Notes: generated by a model not told the origin, from the letters alone. Shown: positions 40,697 to 54,473, numbered from the stretch's first letter. The stretch: 64,000 nt of DNA from Myxococcota bacterium (GCA_039028615.1 JBCCHT010000024.1:144014-208013), one strand, 5' to 3'. A program made the numbers and translations.

Positions 40697-43594
40697 TCAG
40701 GGGGCCGCGGGATCCGGCTCGCTCGGAGGGGGCGCGGTCGCGGCGGACAAGAACGCTTCGACCTGCGCCCTCGCGCCGTCTCGCCCCTTCGCTCCCTTCA
40801 GCTCCTCCCGAGCCTGCTCGGCCAACGCTCGGGCTCGCTCCCGATCGCGCCCGTGGTCGACGGGGGCCTCCCACAGCGCTCGAGCGAGCAACAAGTGGGT
40901 CGTGGCGCGGGCTGGTGCAGCTCCGTCGTTGTTGTCGTGCAGGCTGGAGGCACGCTCGGCCGGGGCGATGGCATCGGCGGCTCGACCCTGCGCGAGGGCG
41001 ACCTCGGCGAGGCCGTTCAGCGATCCGACCAGCCGCGGATCATCGGCCCCATGGGCCGTCTCATGAATCTTCAGCGCCCGCTCGAATCGAGTCCGCGCGC
41101 CGTCGTAGTCCTGGGTGGCGACCAGGACCGCGGCGAGATTCTCGAGCGACGTTGCCAGTAGCGGGTGGTCGGCGCGGAGCTTGCGTTCCTGGATGCCGAG
41201 CGCCTGCTCGGCCAGCTCTCTCGCCCGCTCGTACTCCCCGAGGTTGCGGTGAACGACGGCCAGGTTGGCGAGAGACCGCGCCATGCGAGGGTGTCCGGGG
41301 GGCAGGGTCTTGCGGCGAATCTCGAGCGCGCGCTGATACAGCGCCTTGGCGCGCTCGTAGTCCCCGGTGGAGTTGTTGGCGATCGCGAGGTTGTTGAGCG
41401 TACCCGCGACCCGGGGGTGCTCGAGGCCGACCGTCTTCTCGTGCACGGACAACGCGCGGCGCAGCAAGGCCTTGGCCTCATCGAACTCGCCCAAGCGCCC
41501 GTGGAGGGTGGCGAGGTTGCTCAGCGCGATGGCGACGTTCGGGTGCTCGGGCCCCAGGATCTTCTCCTGAATCGACAGCGCGCGGACGTAGTGCTGCTTC
41601 GCCTGCTCGAGCTCACCCATGAGGCTTCGAGCCGAGGCGATGGACGTGGACACGGCGGCGCGCCGAAGTCCTCGCTCTTCTTCGCCGAGGACCTCGAGCA
41701 GAGCCTCCGCATGGAGCGACCAGCGGAGCCCATCGTCGTAGTGTTCCCGCTCGAGGGTGACGGTGCCCGACAGGGTGACCGCGGTATCGAGCGCCTCTTC
41801 GAATGCGCTGGCCTTCATCGCCTGGAAGTACGCCGCCTCCAGGACCTGCTCGGCCTCGGGATACTTGCCGATGCGCTTGAGCAAGGTGCCCACGTGGTGC
41901 TCGGCCCGGGCTCGCAGCGGAGCCCAGTCGAGCTTCTCCGCCGCCGCGGACGCTTTGCGGGCGACCTCGAGCCCGCCGTTGTAGTCCCCCGCGGCATCGA
42001 GCGCGGTCGCGCGGGACAACAGCGAGCCGAGTTCACGGACCGCCTCGCGGTCGTCGGGGATCGGCGGCATGCTGCGCAATCGAAGCGGATCGCGGCAGGG
42101 CTCGATCTGCGAGAGCCGGGCCGCGGCGCCCACCGCCTTGCGTACGGCGGCCTTCTTGCCCTCGGACAGCTCGGACACCAGGGCCTCGAGCTCCATGCGG
42201 CGGTCGTCGAGGCACCACACGGCGCGGTCGAGCGTGTCCTCGTCCCAGGTGTCGTGCACCCGCGTATCGAGGCACGAGTCGGTGCGAGCCTCTCGCCAGG
42301 CCTCGGCCTGGGCGTCGAAGTAGGGCAGCACGTTGTCGGCGCTGGTCTGCGCGTAGGGCTCGGAGGAGGACCGCAAACCCTCCTTCAGGGCGTTGCGCGA
42401 CGTGTCGCTCCAGACCTCGGCGATGCTCGCTCCCGCCGCTTCGCAGTCGGCCACGGCTTGCTCGCGCTGCACATGCGTGACTCCGAGCCAGGCCACGGCT
42501 CCCAGCGCAGCGGCGACGCCCAGGCCCCAGGTACGACGGCGCCGGGTCGGGTCGGCCTCGAGCGCGGCGATGAGATCGTCGATGCTGGCGTAGCGATCCT
42601 CGCGTTCCTTGGCCATGCCCCGCTCCATCACGCGTCGCAGCCAGCGGGGGACGGAGGCGCTCGAAGGCGGAGGCGCCAGGTTGCCATCGCAGACGTTGAA
42701 GCACAGCTCGGCCATCGTCTCGCCGCGAAAGGCACGCTGGCCGTACAGCGCCTCCCACAGCGTGGCGCACAGCGAGAACTGATCGGTGCGCTCGTCCGCG
42801 ACGAGACCATGGAACTGCTCGGGCGCCATGTAGGCGGGCGTTCCCATCACCGCGCCTGCTGCGGTGAGATCGATCGAGAGGGCAGACACCCGCGCCTCGA
42901 AGGGCCGCGGCTGCCCCGGCTCGAGCGAGCGCTTCGGCTCCTTGGGCACGATACGCTGCGGCCCGCTCTCGTCCCCGCCCGCCCGCGCGAGGCCGAAGTC
43001 CATGACGCGAACGCGACCGTCGTCGCCCACCATGATGTTGTCGGGCTTGATGTCCCGGTGCAGCAGGCCGGCATCATGCGCCGCCACCAAGCCGCGCGCG
43101 GCCTGGAGCATGACGGCCAGCACCTGCCGCCAGCCGGGATTGGCCAGCGTGCGCCAGTCGCCGAGGGTCTTGCCGTCGACGAACTCCATCGACAGCCAGA
43201 CTTGACCCTCGTGAGTGCCCACATCGTGGATCGCAACGACATTGGGGTGTCCGAGTTTGGCGAGTGCTTGGGCTTCACGGAGTAACCGCGTGCGTGCGGT
43301 CTCGGTGCCCTTGCCACGAATGAGGAGTTTGAGCGCGACCTTGCGATCGAGCTCAGCATCATAGGCGCCATAGACCACCCCCATGCCGCCGACGCCGAGC
43401 CGTCGCAAGATCATGAGGCGGCCCACCGCCGCGCCGCGCGTTAGCTCGGTCGCCTTTGGGTGCCCGCCCTCGCGCGGCGTACTGTCGGGATCCGCTTTGG
43501 TGGGATCCAGGGGGCGGCTCACACGGGGCTTGTCGGGTACGCTCGATGACGGGTCGATCTTCGTGGCATCGAGGTCGATTGGTCCGCCGCCCAT
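40697..43594 (-). CDS. Membrane Ser/Thr kinase-TPR protein
   Basis: GVGGMG, VALK, HRDIKPDN, DFG, APE. TM, Cys domain, TPRs. Start uncertain. Confidence 0.93.
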   Translation of the reverse strand: MGGGPIDLDATKIDPSSSVPDKPRVSRPLDPTKADPDSTPREGGHPKATELTRGAAVGRLMILRRLGVGGMGVVYGAYDAELDRKVALKLLIRGKGTETARTRLLREAQALAKLGHPNVVAIHDVGTHEGQVWLSMEFVDGKTLGDWRTLANPGWRQVLAVMLQAARGLVAAHDAGLLHRDIKPDNIMVGDDGRVRVMDFGLARAGGDESGPQRIVPKEPKRSLEPGQPRPFEARVSALSIDLTAAGAVMGTPAYMAPEQFHGLVADERTDQFSLCATLWEALYGQRAFRGETMAELCFNVCDGNLAPPPSSASVPRWLRRVMERGMAKEREDRYASIDDLIAALEADPTRRRRTWGLGVAAALGAVAWLGVTHVQREQAVADCEAAGASIAEVWSDTSRNALKEGLRSSSEPYAQTSADNVLPYFDAQAEAWREARTDSCLDTRVHDTWDEDTLDRAVWCLDDRRMELEALVSELSEGKKAAVRKAVGAAARLSQIEPCRDPLRLRSMPPIPDDREAVRELGSLLSRATALDAAGDYNGGLEVARKASAAAEKLDWAPLRARAEHHVGTLLKRIGKYPEAEQVLEAAYFQAMKASAFEEALDTAVTLSGTVTLEREHYDDGLRWSLHAEALLEVLGEEERGLRRAAVSTSIASARSLMGELEQAKQHYVRALSIQEKILGPEHPNVAIALSNLATLHGRLGEFDEAKALLRRALSVHEKTVGLEHPRVAGTLNNLAIANNSTGDYERAKALYQRALEIRRKTLPPGHPRMARSLANLAVVHRNLGEYERARELAEQALGIQERKLRADHPLLATSLENLAAVLVATQDYDGARTRFERALKIHETAHGADDPRLVGSLNGLAEVALAQGRAADAIAPAERASSLHDNNDGAAPARATTHLLLARALWEAPVDHGRDRERARALAEQAREELKGAKGRDGARAQVEAFLSAATAPPPSEPDPAAP

Positions 43595-43637
43595 CCATCC
43601 CGAGTTTCCCACGGCTTGCGCGGGCACCATGGTAAAT

Positions 43638-46898
<3,261 letters not shown>

Positions 46899-46975
46899 GG
46901 GTCCGCCGTAGCGGGTCGAACGCCGTTGGCCCCACCTCTTGTCCGTCGCGCTCGCCTTGCTACCGTGGTTGACGC

Positions 46976-47608
46976 ATGGACGACTGGGAGCTTCTCGCTG
47001 CGTGGCGTGACGGCGACGAAGCCTCGGGAGAGGCGCTGGTCCGACGCTACCTCGGCCTGCTCACCCGGTTCTTTCGCAACAAGGTGAGCAGCCTCGAAGA
47101 CGCGGCGGACCTGGTCTCGGAGACGATGCTCGCGTGCACCAAGAGCAAGGAGCGCGTGCGCGAGGGCGAGGCCTTTCGCTCGTTCCTCTTCGCGTCGGCC
47201 ATGAACATGCTGCGCCGCTACTATCGCAAGAAGGCCAAGCGTCAGCGCGAGCTGGACGACTTCGCCGACGTCTGCGTGGGGGACACGGGCGGGCCGCGCT
47301 CGATGAGTTCGATGATCGCCACCGTGGAGGAGGGCCAGCTGCTCGTGCGGGCGCTTCGCCGGATTTCGCTCGACTACCAGATCGTGCTCGAGCTCAACCA
47401 CATCGAAAACCTCACTGGCCTCGAGATCGCGGAGCTGCTCGGCGTGGCGAAGCCCACCGTGTACTCGCGGCTCCGTCGCGGCAAGGAGAAGCTGCGAGAG
47501 ATCATGGTCGAGCTCGAGGCGTCACCCGAGCTGGTCGACTCGACGATGATCGGTCTCGACACTTGGGCCGCCCGGATTCGCGAAGGCATGTCGCCCTCAT
47601 CATCGTGA
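46976..47608 (+). CDS. ECF sigma factor, kinase-associated, with C-terminal extension
   Basis: ELLAAWRDGD, DAADLVSET, FRSFLF, EIAELLGVAKPTVYSRLRRG. No adjacent anti-sigma. Confidence 0.9.
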   Translation: MDDWELLAAWRDGDEASGEALVRRYLGLLTRFFRNKVSSLEDAADLVSETMLACTKSKERVREGEAFRSFLFASAMNMLRRYYRKKAKRQRELDDFADVCVGDTGGPRSMSSMIATVEEGQLLVRALRRISLDYQIVLELNHIENLTGLEIAELLGVAKPTVYSRLRRGKEKLREIMVELEASPELVDSTMIGLDTWAARIREGMSPSSS

Positions 47609-47900
47609 CAGTGACGGACTCTGGCTCGAGTTCGTCTCCGTCCGATCCGCGTGGGCAGTGGCTCGATGCGCCCGTCGATGGTGGTGTGCGAAGAGGGAGT
47701 CACAACCGACGCCCGGGAGTATGCAAAGAAATTTCGATTTCTCTCAAAACGGCCACGGCGTGGGGAATTTGGACGAATTTTGGGCGTTTTGATCGGGCCC
47801 CGAGCGCTGAACCATCGCAAGCGAGTGAGGCCAATGACCCTCGTTGCAACGCGGGGCGAGGGCGAACTTTTTTGCGATTTTCTTTTTTCGAACGTCGATC

Positions 47901-47928
47901 TTGAAAGGTGCTCAGTTGCCGCTAGCTT
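47901..47928 (+). promoter_or_regulatory. Putative sigma70-type promoter
   Basis: TTGAAA-N16-TAGCTT at the end of an AT-rich tract, just before the ATG at 47936. Confidence 0.45.
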
Positions 47929-47935
47929 GACGCAC

Positions 47936-48961
47936 ATGTGTGTGGGAATGCGTGGGGGATTGTCGATCCTTGGTGCCGTGATGCTGATCGCGGCGTGCGG
48001 AGGAGACGACGGAGGGACGGCTCAAACCGACGGTGCAGCGACCGGTGGACTCGGTGACACGGGGAGCTCGATCTCCCAAGGTGCCGACGAAACGAGTCCG
48101 GCCACGGCGGGAACCACTGGCGCCGAAGGTGGAGGCGGCGAAGGAGCCGACTCTTCGGGCGGCGATCCGGGCCCGGGCGTCAACGTGCAGTGCGGTGGGC
48201 AGGGCGGAGCCGACCCTGGCGATGGCGTCATCTGCTTCTACGACGTCGAGGCCAAGGACATGGGCCCCGCGGCCAACATCGAGTACGAGATGGTCGAGCT
48301 CGACGGGCAGGACGCCATCTACATCCGAGTCATCTTCGCCCCGTGGTTTGCCGACAATACCTACGGCGAGACGGCGGTCAACTGGCCCGACGGGCATACC
48401 TTCAACGAGCTGGTGGGCAGCGATCACGCCAACATCGTGATGAGCAACGCCGCGGGCGAGGTCGTCCTCGACTTCGATCTCGACTACATCGAAGACGACG
48501 ACGAGGCGCCCAGCGGCTTCCGCAGCCAGGGCGTCTGGGAGAAGAACGGCGACATGAACGAGGGAGACGAGTCGGCGATCTTGGCCGCCAACTCCTCTCT
48601 GAGCCGCAACCTCAACGAGCGCGGGTACTCGGAGTACCTCGAGGATTCACCCGAGACCGACGAGGCGCATACGCCCAACCCCGCCACGCCCGATTGGGAC
48701 TACCGGGTGGTGTACGAGGTCTGGGTCGACGCGTCGGTCTTCGGTGACGAGGGCGGCGACGTCTTCGCCGAGGCTTGCGTGCAGTCCATTCACGCGTCGC
48801 CGTCGAAGATCGACGACAACACCCTCGAGGTCATTCCCGACGAGTGCCCGCCGGGCTGGGGCTGCTACGAGGAAGACGGCTGCACCGAGTGCGAGCCCTC
48901 GACCGATCCCGACATCGGTGACGATTGCGACCCGACCGACGGACTGCCCCCGGTGCCGTGA
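47936..48961 (+). CDS. Lipoprotein of unknown function
   Basis: Lipobox IAAC, Gly/Thr linker, globular acidic domain, Cys-rich tail. Start may be 47948. Confidence 0.8.
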   Translation: MCVGMRGGLSILGAVMLIAACGGDDGGTAQTDGAATGGLGDTGSSISQGADETSPATAGTTGAEGGGGEGADSSGGDPGPGVNVQCGGQGGADPGDGVICFYDVEAKDMGPAANIEYEMVELDGQDAIYIRVIFAPWFADNTYGETAVNWPDGHTFNELVGSDHANIVMSNAAGEVVLDFDLDYIEDDDEAPSGFRSQGVWEKNGDMNEGDESAILAANSSLSRNLNERGYSEYLEDSPETDEAHTPNPATPDWDYRVVYEVWVDASVFGDEGGDVFAEACVQSIHASPSKIDDNTLEVIPDECPPGWGCYEEDGCTECEPSTDPDIGDDCDPTDGLPPVP

Positions 48962-49560
48962 TGCAGGCTCGAATCTTCTTGACCTCGAGCCTCCTCGCTC
49001 TCGGTACGGTCGTCGGCGCCTGCAGCTCGGAGCCCACCGAAGAAGTCGACTCCGGCATCGACGTGGGCGACAGCGAGTCCGAGCCCACGTCGACCTCCAC
49101 GGCCGATGCGTCGTCGTCGTCGTTGACCCCGCCGTCCTTCGACGGCACCGACGGCACCGACGACACGGCGGGGGCCTCCGAAGATCCAGACTATCCCCGG
49201 CCGAACCCGCTCGACGGCGGGGGCGAGTGCCCGGAGGGGTTTTGGGGGCCCATCACCTTCGACATGAACGGCTGGGTCTGCATCCCCGCGTGCACGATGG
49301 ACGATCCGCCGATGTGCCCCTCGGGCCTGAGCGGTGACGCCGTGGGCCGCTGCGCGACCAACCCCCTCAGCAGCGCCGCTCCGTGCTCCGAGCAGGAAGA
49401 CTGCACGGAGGAGGGCGAAGGCTGCGGCAATATCGGCGGCGGCCAGATGGGGTGCCTGCTGCCCCCCTCCCACTGCATCCTGCGTTGCGACGACGGCCAG
49501 ACCTGCCCCGAGTCGATGTCCTGCTCGCCGACGGCGGGGATCTGTCAGTACGTGCTCTGA
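48961..49560 (+). CDS. Cys-rich lipoprotein
   Basis: TGATG overlap with the upstream gene, lipobox VGAC, Ser/Thr linker, densely Cys-rich C-terminus. Confidence 0.8.
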   Translation: MQARIFLTSSLLALGTVVGACSSEPTEEVDSGIDVGDSESEPTSTSTADASSSSLTPPSFDGTDGTDDTAGASEDPDYPRPNPLDGGGECPEGFWGPITFDMNGWVCIPACTMDDPPMCPSGLSGDAVGRCATNPLSSAAPCSEQEDCTEEGEGCGNIGGGQMGCLLPPSHCILRCDDGQTCPESMSCSPTAGICQYVL

Positions 49561-49639
49561 ACCAGGCTGACTACGGGCTTAGGTGAACCCGGCGGAGCGG
49601 ACCACGCTCGGCTGGGTTCATCGGTTGGTTCGGCCGTCG

Positions 49640-49729
49640 CTACGCGAGCTCGTCGGTCGCCAGGTAGACCGCCGCGACGGTCATGGCGACGGCGAGGAGC
49701 ACGAGGACGATGGAGATTGGGCTGAGCAT
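49640..49729 (-). CDS. Putative 29-aa single-TM small protein (below the ORF-track cutoff)
   Basis: MLSPISIVLVLLAVAMTVAAVYLATDELA*. AGGA RBS 6 nt upstream, nearly all codons end in G/C, 15 nt after the upstream stop. Confidence 0.5.
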   Translation of the reverse strand: MLSPISIVLVLLAVAMTVAAVYLATDELA

Positions 49730-49744
49730 GGCAATTCCTGTCGA

Positions 49745-50362
49745 TCAGTCGATGAGCTGTACGTGGAAGCGGGTGACGTTGCCGGGGGCCGATGCCTCCG
49801 GTCCGGTGAGCACTCGCCCCAGCCCGCAGCCGTTGGTGGCGTAGAGCGTCCCCGCGTTCGAGGCCGAGCTGAGCTGCCAGACCCCACGGCGAGCGGAGCC
49901 AGCGGGAGCCTCGAGCATGCGGGCCGCCCACTCGGTATTGCCCGAGACAGGCACGTCGTGACCGGCGATCGTCTTGGTGGAGACTCGCGCGCCCCGTCCC
50001 GCCGCCCACAGCCAGTCCCGGCTGTCGGCGCTCATGTGCTGGAACATGATGTCGTCGTCTTCCGAGCAATCGACGACCCACGTCGACTCGGCGGCCGAGT
50101 ACGCGGAGGGATCATCCAGGAACACGCGGCTGGACAGGTCGTCGGGGAAGGGATCGTCGCGGGAAATCATCGCGCCAGAGCCCGGTCCGTGAACCTCGAC
50201 GCGCACGCGGTGGCCTTCATAGGTGTCGCAGAAGGGGCTCAACATACGAAATGCCTCTGGGGCCTTGGTGCGATCCGCTTCGTCGACATCACAGCCGACG
50301 CTCGTCGAACCGAATGCGAATGCCGCCATCGTGGTGGCCAGCGTACGAAGGACGTCGTTCAT
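49745..50362 (-). CDS. Lipoprotein of unknown function (possible beta-trefoil-like domain)
   Basis: GGAG RBS, lipobox SVGC, beta-rich domain with spaced Trp. The fold call is weak. Confidence 0.65.
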   Translation of the reverse strand: MNDVLRTLATTMAAFAFGSTSVGCDVDEADRTKAPEAFRMLSPFCDTYEGHRVRVEVHGPGSGAMISRDDPFPDDLSSRVFLDDPSAYSAAESTWVVDCSEDDDIMFQHMSADSRDWLWAAGRGARVSTKTIAGHDVPVSGNTEWAARMLEAPAGSARRGVWQLSSASNAGTLYATNGCGLGRVLTGPEASAPGNVTRFHVQLID

Positions 50363-50457
50363 CCGAGGCGTTTCTCCGATGGGGGAGTGCCCCTGCGTAC
50401 CGCGATGTATTCGAATGTCGCGAAGATTGTGCCGTCGAGTGAGGCGGTGAGACACTG

Positions 50458-53157
50458 ATGGCGATGAGGCGGGAAGAGTCGAGTGGACCCGACTCTGGCC
50501 CGACGGTGACCGGCCTCGGTTCGGCCCCATCCACCGACGAAGACGAGACCAAGCCGCTGGGCAATCAGCCCGACTCCGACTCCGCTTCGCAGGAGAGGAT
50601 TGCGGCTCGCGTACGGGAACGCCTCTTTGGCGGGGCACCGCCCGCGATGACAATCGGGCGGTTCACGGTGATCGAGGAGATCGGCCGCGGCGGCATGGGA
50701 GCGGTGTACTCGGCGTACGACGACCAGCTCGATCGCAAGGTCGCGATCAAGGTGCTCACCTGCGATGCCGACGAGCACGAGGCGCAGCAGCGGTTCCAGA
50801 GGGAGGGCCAGGCGATGGCCCGGCTCTCCCATCCCCACGTGGTGACCGTGCACGAGGTGGGGGAGAGCGACGGGCAGTCCTACCTCGCCATGGAGTTCAT
50901 TCGGGGGCAGAGCCTCTCCCGTTGGATGAACGGCGAGCCCGAGTGGCGGGAGGTGCTCGAGGTCTTCATTCAGGCCGGAGAGGGGCTGGCTGCCGCCCAC
51001 GATGCAGGCCTGGTCCATCGCGATCTCAAGCCGGCCAACATCATGCGTAGCGATGCCGGCGTGGTGAAGGTGCTCGACTTCGGCCTGGCCCGCGCAATCG
51101 AGGACACGGAGACCGAGTCGCTGGGTCCCCGCTCGGTCACCAGCTCGGTGCTCGGCTCTTCGTTCACGCGCACGGGCACGGTGATGGGGACGCCCGCGTT
51201 CATGGCCCCCGAGCAGCTCCGAGGCGAGACGGTCGATGCTCGTAGCGATCAGTTCAGCTTCTGCGTGGCGCTCCACGACGCGCTGTTCGGCGTCCGACCC
51301 TTTGCCGGGCGTACGATCAGCGAGCTGATGATCGCGATGCAGCACGGGGAACTCCAGCCGATCCCCAAGGGCAGCCGAGTGCCTGCGCCGGTCCGCAAGG
51401 CGGTGCTGCGCGGGCTGTCGATCGATCCGGCCGAGCGCTGGGGGTCGATGGACGACCTGCTCGAGCCGTTGCGCCGCCAGGCCGTCCCGCGGCGTCGTGG
51501 CTTCATTGCGTTCGGGGTCGCGGTAGGGCTGCTGGGGCTGGGCGCCGAGCGCTACATGGCGCAGTCCGAGCGCTGCACGGGCGCGGCGAAGCATCTCGAA
51601 GAGGTCTGGGACGACACTCGACGAGAGCGGGTCGGCGCCGCAATTCGTGAAACTGGGGTCTCGTTCGCCGACGACACGTGGAGCCGAGTCGAGCCGCGGC
51701 TCGACGACTACGCGGCGGGGTGGAGTGCGGCGCATACCGAGGCCTGTGAGGCGACCGCGGTGCGCCACGAGCAGAGCGACACCCACCTCGACCTGCGCAT
51801 GGGATGCCTGTGGGAGCTTCGGCAGCGCTTACGAGCCACGGTGGACGAGCTGGGAGAAGCCGACGCGACGGTGGTGGAGCACGCCGTCGAAGCCGTGACC
51901 GAGCTGCCCGCGCTGTCCCGGTGTGACGACGTCGAGGCGCTGTCGGCCGCCGTCGCTCTGCCCGACGACCCGGCCATCGCTCAGCGCGTGGTGGCGTTGG
52001 ACGAGCGGCTGTTGGTGGCCGAGGCCAAGGCGCGAGCGGGGAGGCACGTCGAGAGTCTGGAGCTGGCGGACGAGGTGGTGAGCGAAGCCGTCTCGGCTGG
52101 CTACGAGCCGCTCATGGCTCGCGCGTGGCAACGGCAGGGCACGTCGCGGGACCTCACCGGCGACTCCGAAGGGGCCGTGGAGTCGTTGCAGCGGGCCTAC
52201 GATGCCGCCATCGCGCAGGGGCTCCTGCCGCTGGCGGGGGAGCTCGCTGCGGAGCTGATGGGGATCCTCGCGGACGAGCTCGCTCGCCACGAGGATGCGG
52301 AGCGATGGGCCGTACACGCGGAGCCCTTGTCTCGCGCCGCTCACTCGGACGAGGTGCGGGCGCAGTACCTGTGGAATCGCAGCCTCGTGTTCCAAGAGGA
52401 GGGGAAGTACGAACAGGCGCGAGAGCAGGCCGAGCGCTCGTTGGAGGTCTGGGAGAAGCTCAGGGGCCCCGATCATCTCGACGTCGCTCGGGCCGTGCGG
52501 AGCTTGGGGGTGATCGCGCAGAGGCAGGGGCACTACGACGAGGCGCGACGATTCCAGGAGCGAGCGCTCGCGATCTTGGAGCGTGCGCTGGGCTCGGAGC
52601 ACCCGGACGTGGGCGGGGCGCTCACCGACCTGGGCATCGTGATGTCCGCTCAGGGCGACTACCGCGAGGCCCACGAGACACACCAGCGAGCGCTGCGGAT
52701 CTTCGAGGCGGCGCTGGGTCCCGAGCACGTCCAGCTCGTCACGACCCTCCATGGCCTGGGCGAGGTGCTCGGTGAACAGCGGGAGTTCGCGGCCGCGCGA
52801 GCGGTGTTGGAGCGCGCGGTGTCGGTGCGGGAGCTGGCCGTCGGATCCGAGCATCAGTCGCTGTCGGGACCCCTGCTCACCCTCGGGCAGGTGCTGATGA
52901 CGGCGGGGGAGCCGACCGAAGGCCTCGTCGCGCTGGAGCGAGCCATGGCCATTCGTGTCGGGAGCGGCAACGGATTGCCCGAAGCCCGTTTCGCGCTGGC
53001 GCGAGCGCTGTGGACGGCGCCCGCGGCCGAGGGGCGCGACCGCAGTCGTGCGCGCGAGCTGGCCGAGCTCGTCCGCGACGAGGGGCTGGGGGAGGGGGCG
53101 GAGGCCGTCGACGCCGCCGAGCTCGAGGCCTGGCTGGCCGAACATCGCCCTCGATGA
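50458..53157 (+). CDS. Membrane Ser/Thr kinase-TPR protein
   Basis: GRGGMG, VAIK, HRDLKPAN, DFG, APE. TM, Cys domain, TPRs. Confidence 0.93.
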   Translation: MAMRREESSGPDSGPTVTGLGSAPSTDEDETKPLGNQPDSDSASQERIAARVRERLFGGAPPAMTIGRFTVIEEIGRGGMGAVYSAYDDQLDRKVAIKVLTCDADEHEAQQRFQREGQAMARLSHPHVVTVHEVGESDGQSYLAMEFIRGQSLSRWMNGEPEWREVLEVFIQAGEGLAAAHDAGLVHRDLKPANIMRSDAGVVKVLDFGLARAIEDTETESLGPRSVTSSVLGSSFTRTGTVMGTPAFMAPEQLRGETVDARSDQFSFCVALHDALFGVRPFAGRTISELMIAMQHGELQPIPKGSRVPAPVRKAVLRGLSIDPAERWGSMDDLLEPLRRQAVPRRRGFIAFGVAVGLLGLGAERYMAQSERCTGAAKHLEEVWDDTRRERVGAAIRETGVSFADDTWSRVEPRLDDYAAGWSAAHTEACEATAVRHEQSDTHLDLRMGCLWELRQRLRATVDELGEADATVVEHAVEAVTELPALSRCDDVEALSAAVALPDDPAIAQRVVALDERLLVAEAKARAGRHVESLELADEVVSEAVSAGYEPLMARAWQRQGTSRDLTGDSEGAVESLQRAYDAAIAQGLLPLAGELAAELMGILADELARHEDAERWAVHAEPLSRAAHSDEVRAQYLWNRSLVFQEEGKYEQAREQAERSLEVWEKLRGPDHLDVARAVRSLGVIAQRQGHYDEARRFQERALAILERALGSEHPDVGGALTDLGIVMSAQGDYREAHETHQRALRIFEAALGPEHVQLVTTLHGLGEVLGEQREFAAARAVLERAVSVRELAVGSEHQSLSGPLLTLGQVLMTAGEPTEGLVALERAMAIRVGSGNGLPEARFALARALWTAPAAEGRDRSRARELAELVRDEGLGEGAEAVDAAELEAWLAEHRPR

Positions 53158-53178
53158 GGGTGGTACGCTTCGCGTCCG

Positions 53179-54051
53179 ATGTCGTGGCCGAGCCGGATCA
53201 ACCGGGTCCGAGATCACGTTCGTGAGCATCTCGCCGAGCCGCTGGGGCTCGAAGAGCTGGCGAGGGTCGCCCACTCGTCTCGGTTCCACTTTGCCCGGCT
53301 GTTCAAGGCGCATACCGGGGAGACGCTGACGCACTTCGTGCAGCGGGCTCGGTTGGAGCGGGCGGCCACGCTCATGCGGAGCTCGCCGGAGCAGAGCCTG
53401 CTGCAGATCGCGTTGGAGGTGGGCTTGGGGAGTGCCTCCGATTTCTCGCGGATCTTCAAGCGGCACCACGGCATCGCGCCCAGCCAGTGGGATCGTCGGT
53501 CGCGGCTGCACGACGTGTTGCCCGGGTACACCGATCACCTGGCGCAGGCTCGCGAGAGCTGCCCGCCGCTTCGGCCCCGAGTGGTTCGCCACGCCGCATG
53601 CCGTTTCGCCTACGTACGCGTGGCGACCCCCTTCCTCGACGCGGGGTTGCTGCAACAAGGCTACGAGCGCGTGTGCCGATGGTTCGAGGCGCACGGCGTG
53701 GACTGGCGGGATCGGCCGATGCTGGGCATGTCGTGGGACAACCCGGAGACGACACCGCTGCACCAGGTGCGCTTCGACCTGGGCTTCACGCTGCCCGAGG
53801 GGCTACGGGCCAGCGGTGAGGTCGGCGAGCGAGCTCTGCCTGCGATGCGCTCGGTGGACGTGCGGGTGCAGGGTTCCCTCGGCCACATCGCCTTGGCGTG
53901 GGAGCACTTGTACGACGAGTGGCTGCCCGCGCACTCGCCCGAGCCGGTCGATCTGCCCGGCATCAAGCGCTTCCATCGGCGTCCCGACGAGCTGGGCTGG
54001 CAGCGCTTCGATCTCGATTGCTGCATCGCCCTTCACAGGGACTCGCAGTAG
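53179..54051 (+). CDS. AraC-family regulator with GyrI-like effector domain
   Basis: LEELARVAHSSRFHFARLFK, IALEVGLGSASDFSRIFK. C-terminal DNPE..RFDLG..LYDEWLP. Confidence 0.92.
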   Translation: MSWPSRINRVRDHVREHLAEPLGLEELARVAHSSRFHFARLFKAHTGETLTHFVQRARLERAATLMRSSPEQSLLQIALEVGLGSASDFSRIFKRHHGIAPSQWDRRSRLHDVLPGYTDHLAQARESCPPLRPRVVRHAACRFAYVRVATPFLDAGLLQQGYERVCRWFEAHGVDWRDRPMLGMSWDNPETTPLHQVRFDLGFTLPEGLRASGEVGERALPAMRSVDVRVQGSLGHIALAWEHLYDEWLPAHSPEPVDLPGIKRFHRRPDELGWQRFDLDCCIALHRDSQ

Positions 54052-54473
54052 CGCTTGAGCGCCTTGGTGTGGGTGACCATGCCGCGGCGAAACAGGCCCT
54101 GCATCAGCACGTTCATCATGCGCTTGAACCGGGTGCTGCCGATGCAGGCCATGGCGAAACGGACCTGCGTGCCTTCACCCGCCGCGCTCACCGTGACGGT
54201 GGTGTCCCAGATCGTCCCGTGGGTGTCGGTGACATAGCGAATGGTGCGGGCGGCGGGGTCGTAGCCCTGGACCTCGAGTTCGAAGTGGTGCTCTTTGTTG
54301 CCCATCTGACGGGTCTCTCGAAAACGGGTGCCCACACCCTCGTGCTGTTCGCTGAGGAACTCCACGCGAACGACATCGGGGTTGATTCGAGGCATCGTCT
54401 CGATGTCGGAGACGGCGCGAAAAACCGCGTCCGGGGACGCATTGATGTGGCTCTCGACGGTGACGGTGGTCAT
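54033..54473 (-). CDS. SRPBCC (START-like) family protein
   Basis: INASPDAVFRAVSD, GVGTRFRETR, LKRYCE. Confidence 0.85.
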   Translation of the reverse strand: MTTVTVESHINASPDAVFRAVSDIETMPRINPDVVRVEFLSEQHEGVGTRFRETRQMGNKEHHFELEVQGYDPAARTIRYVTDTHGTIWDTTVTVSAAGEGTQVRFAMACIGSTRFKRMMNVLMQGLFRRGMVTHTKALKRYCESL

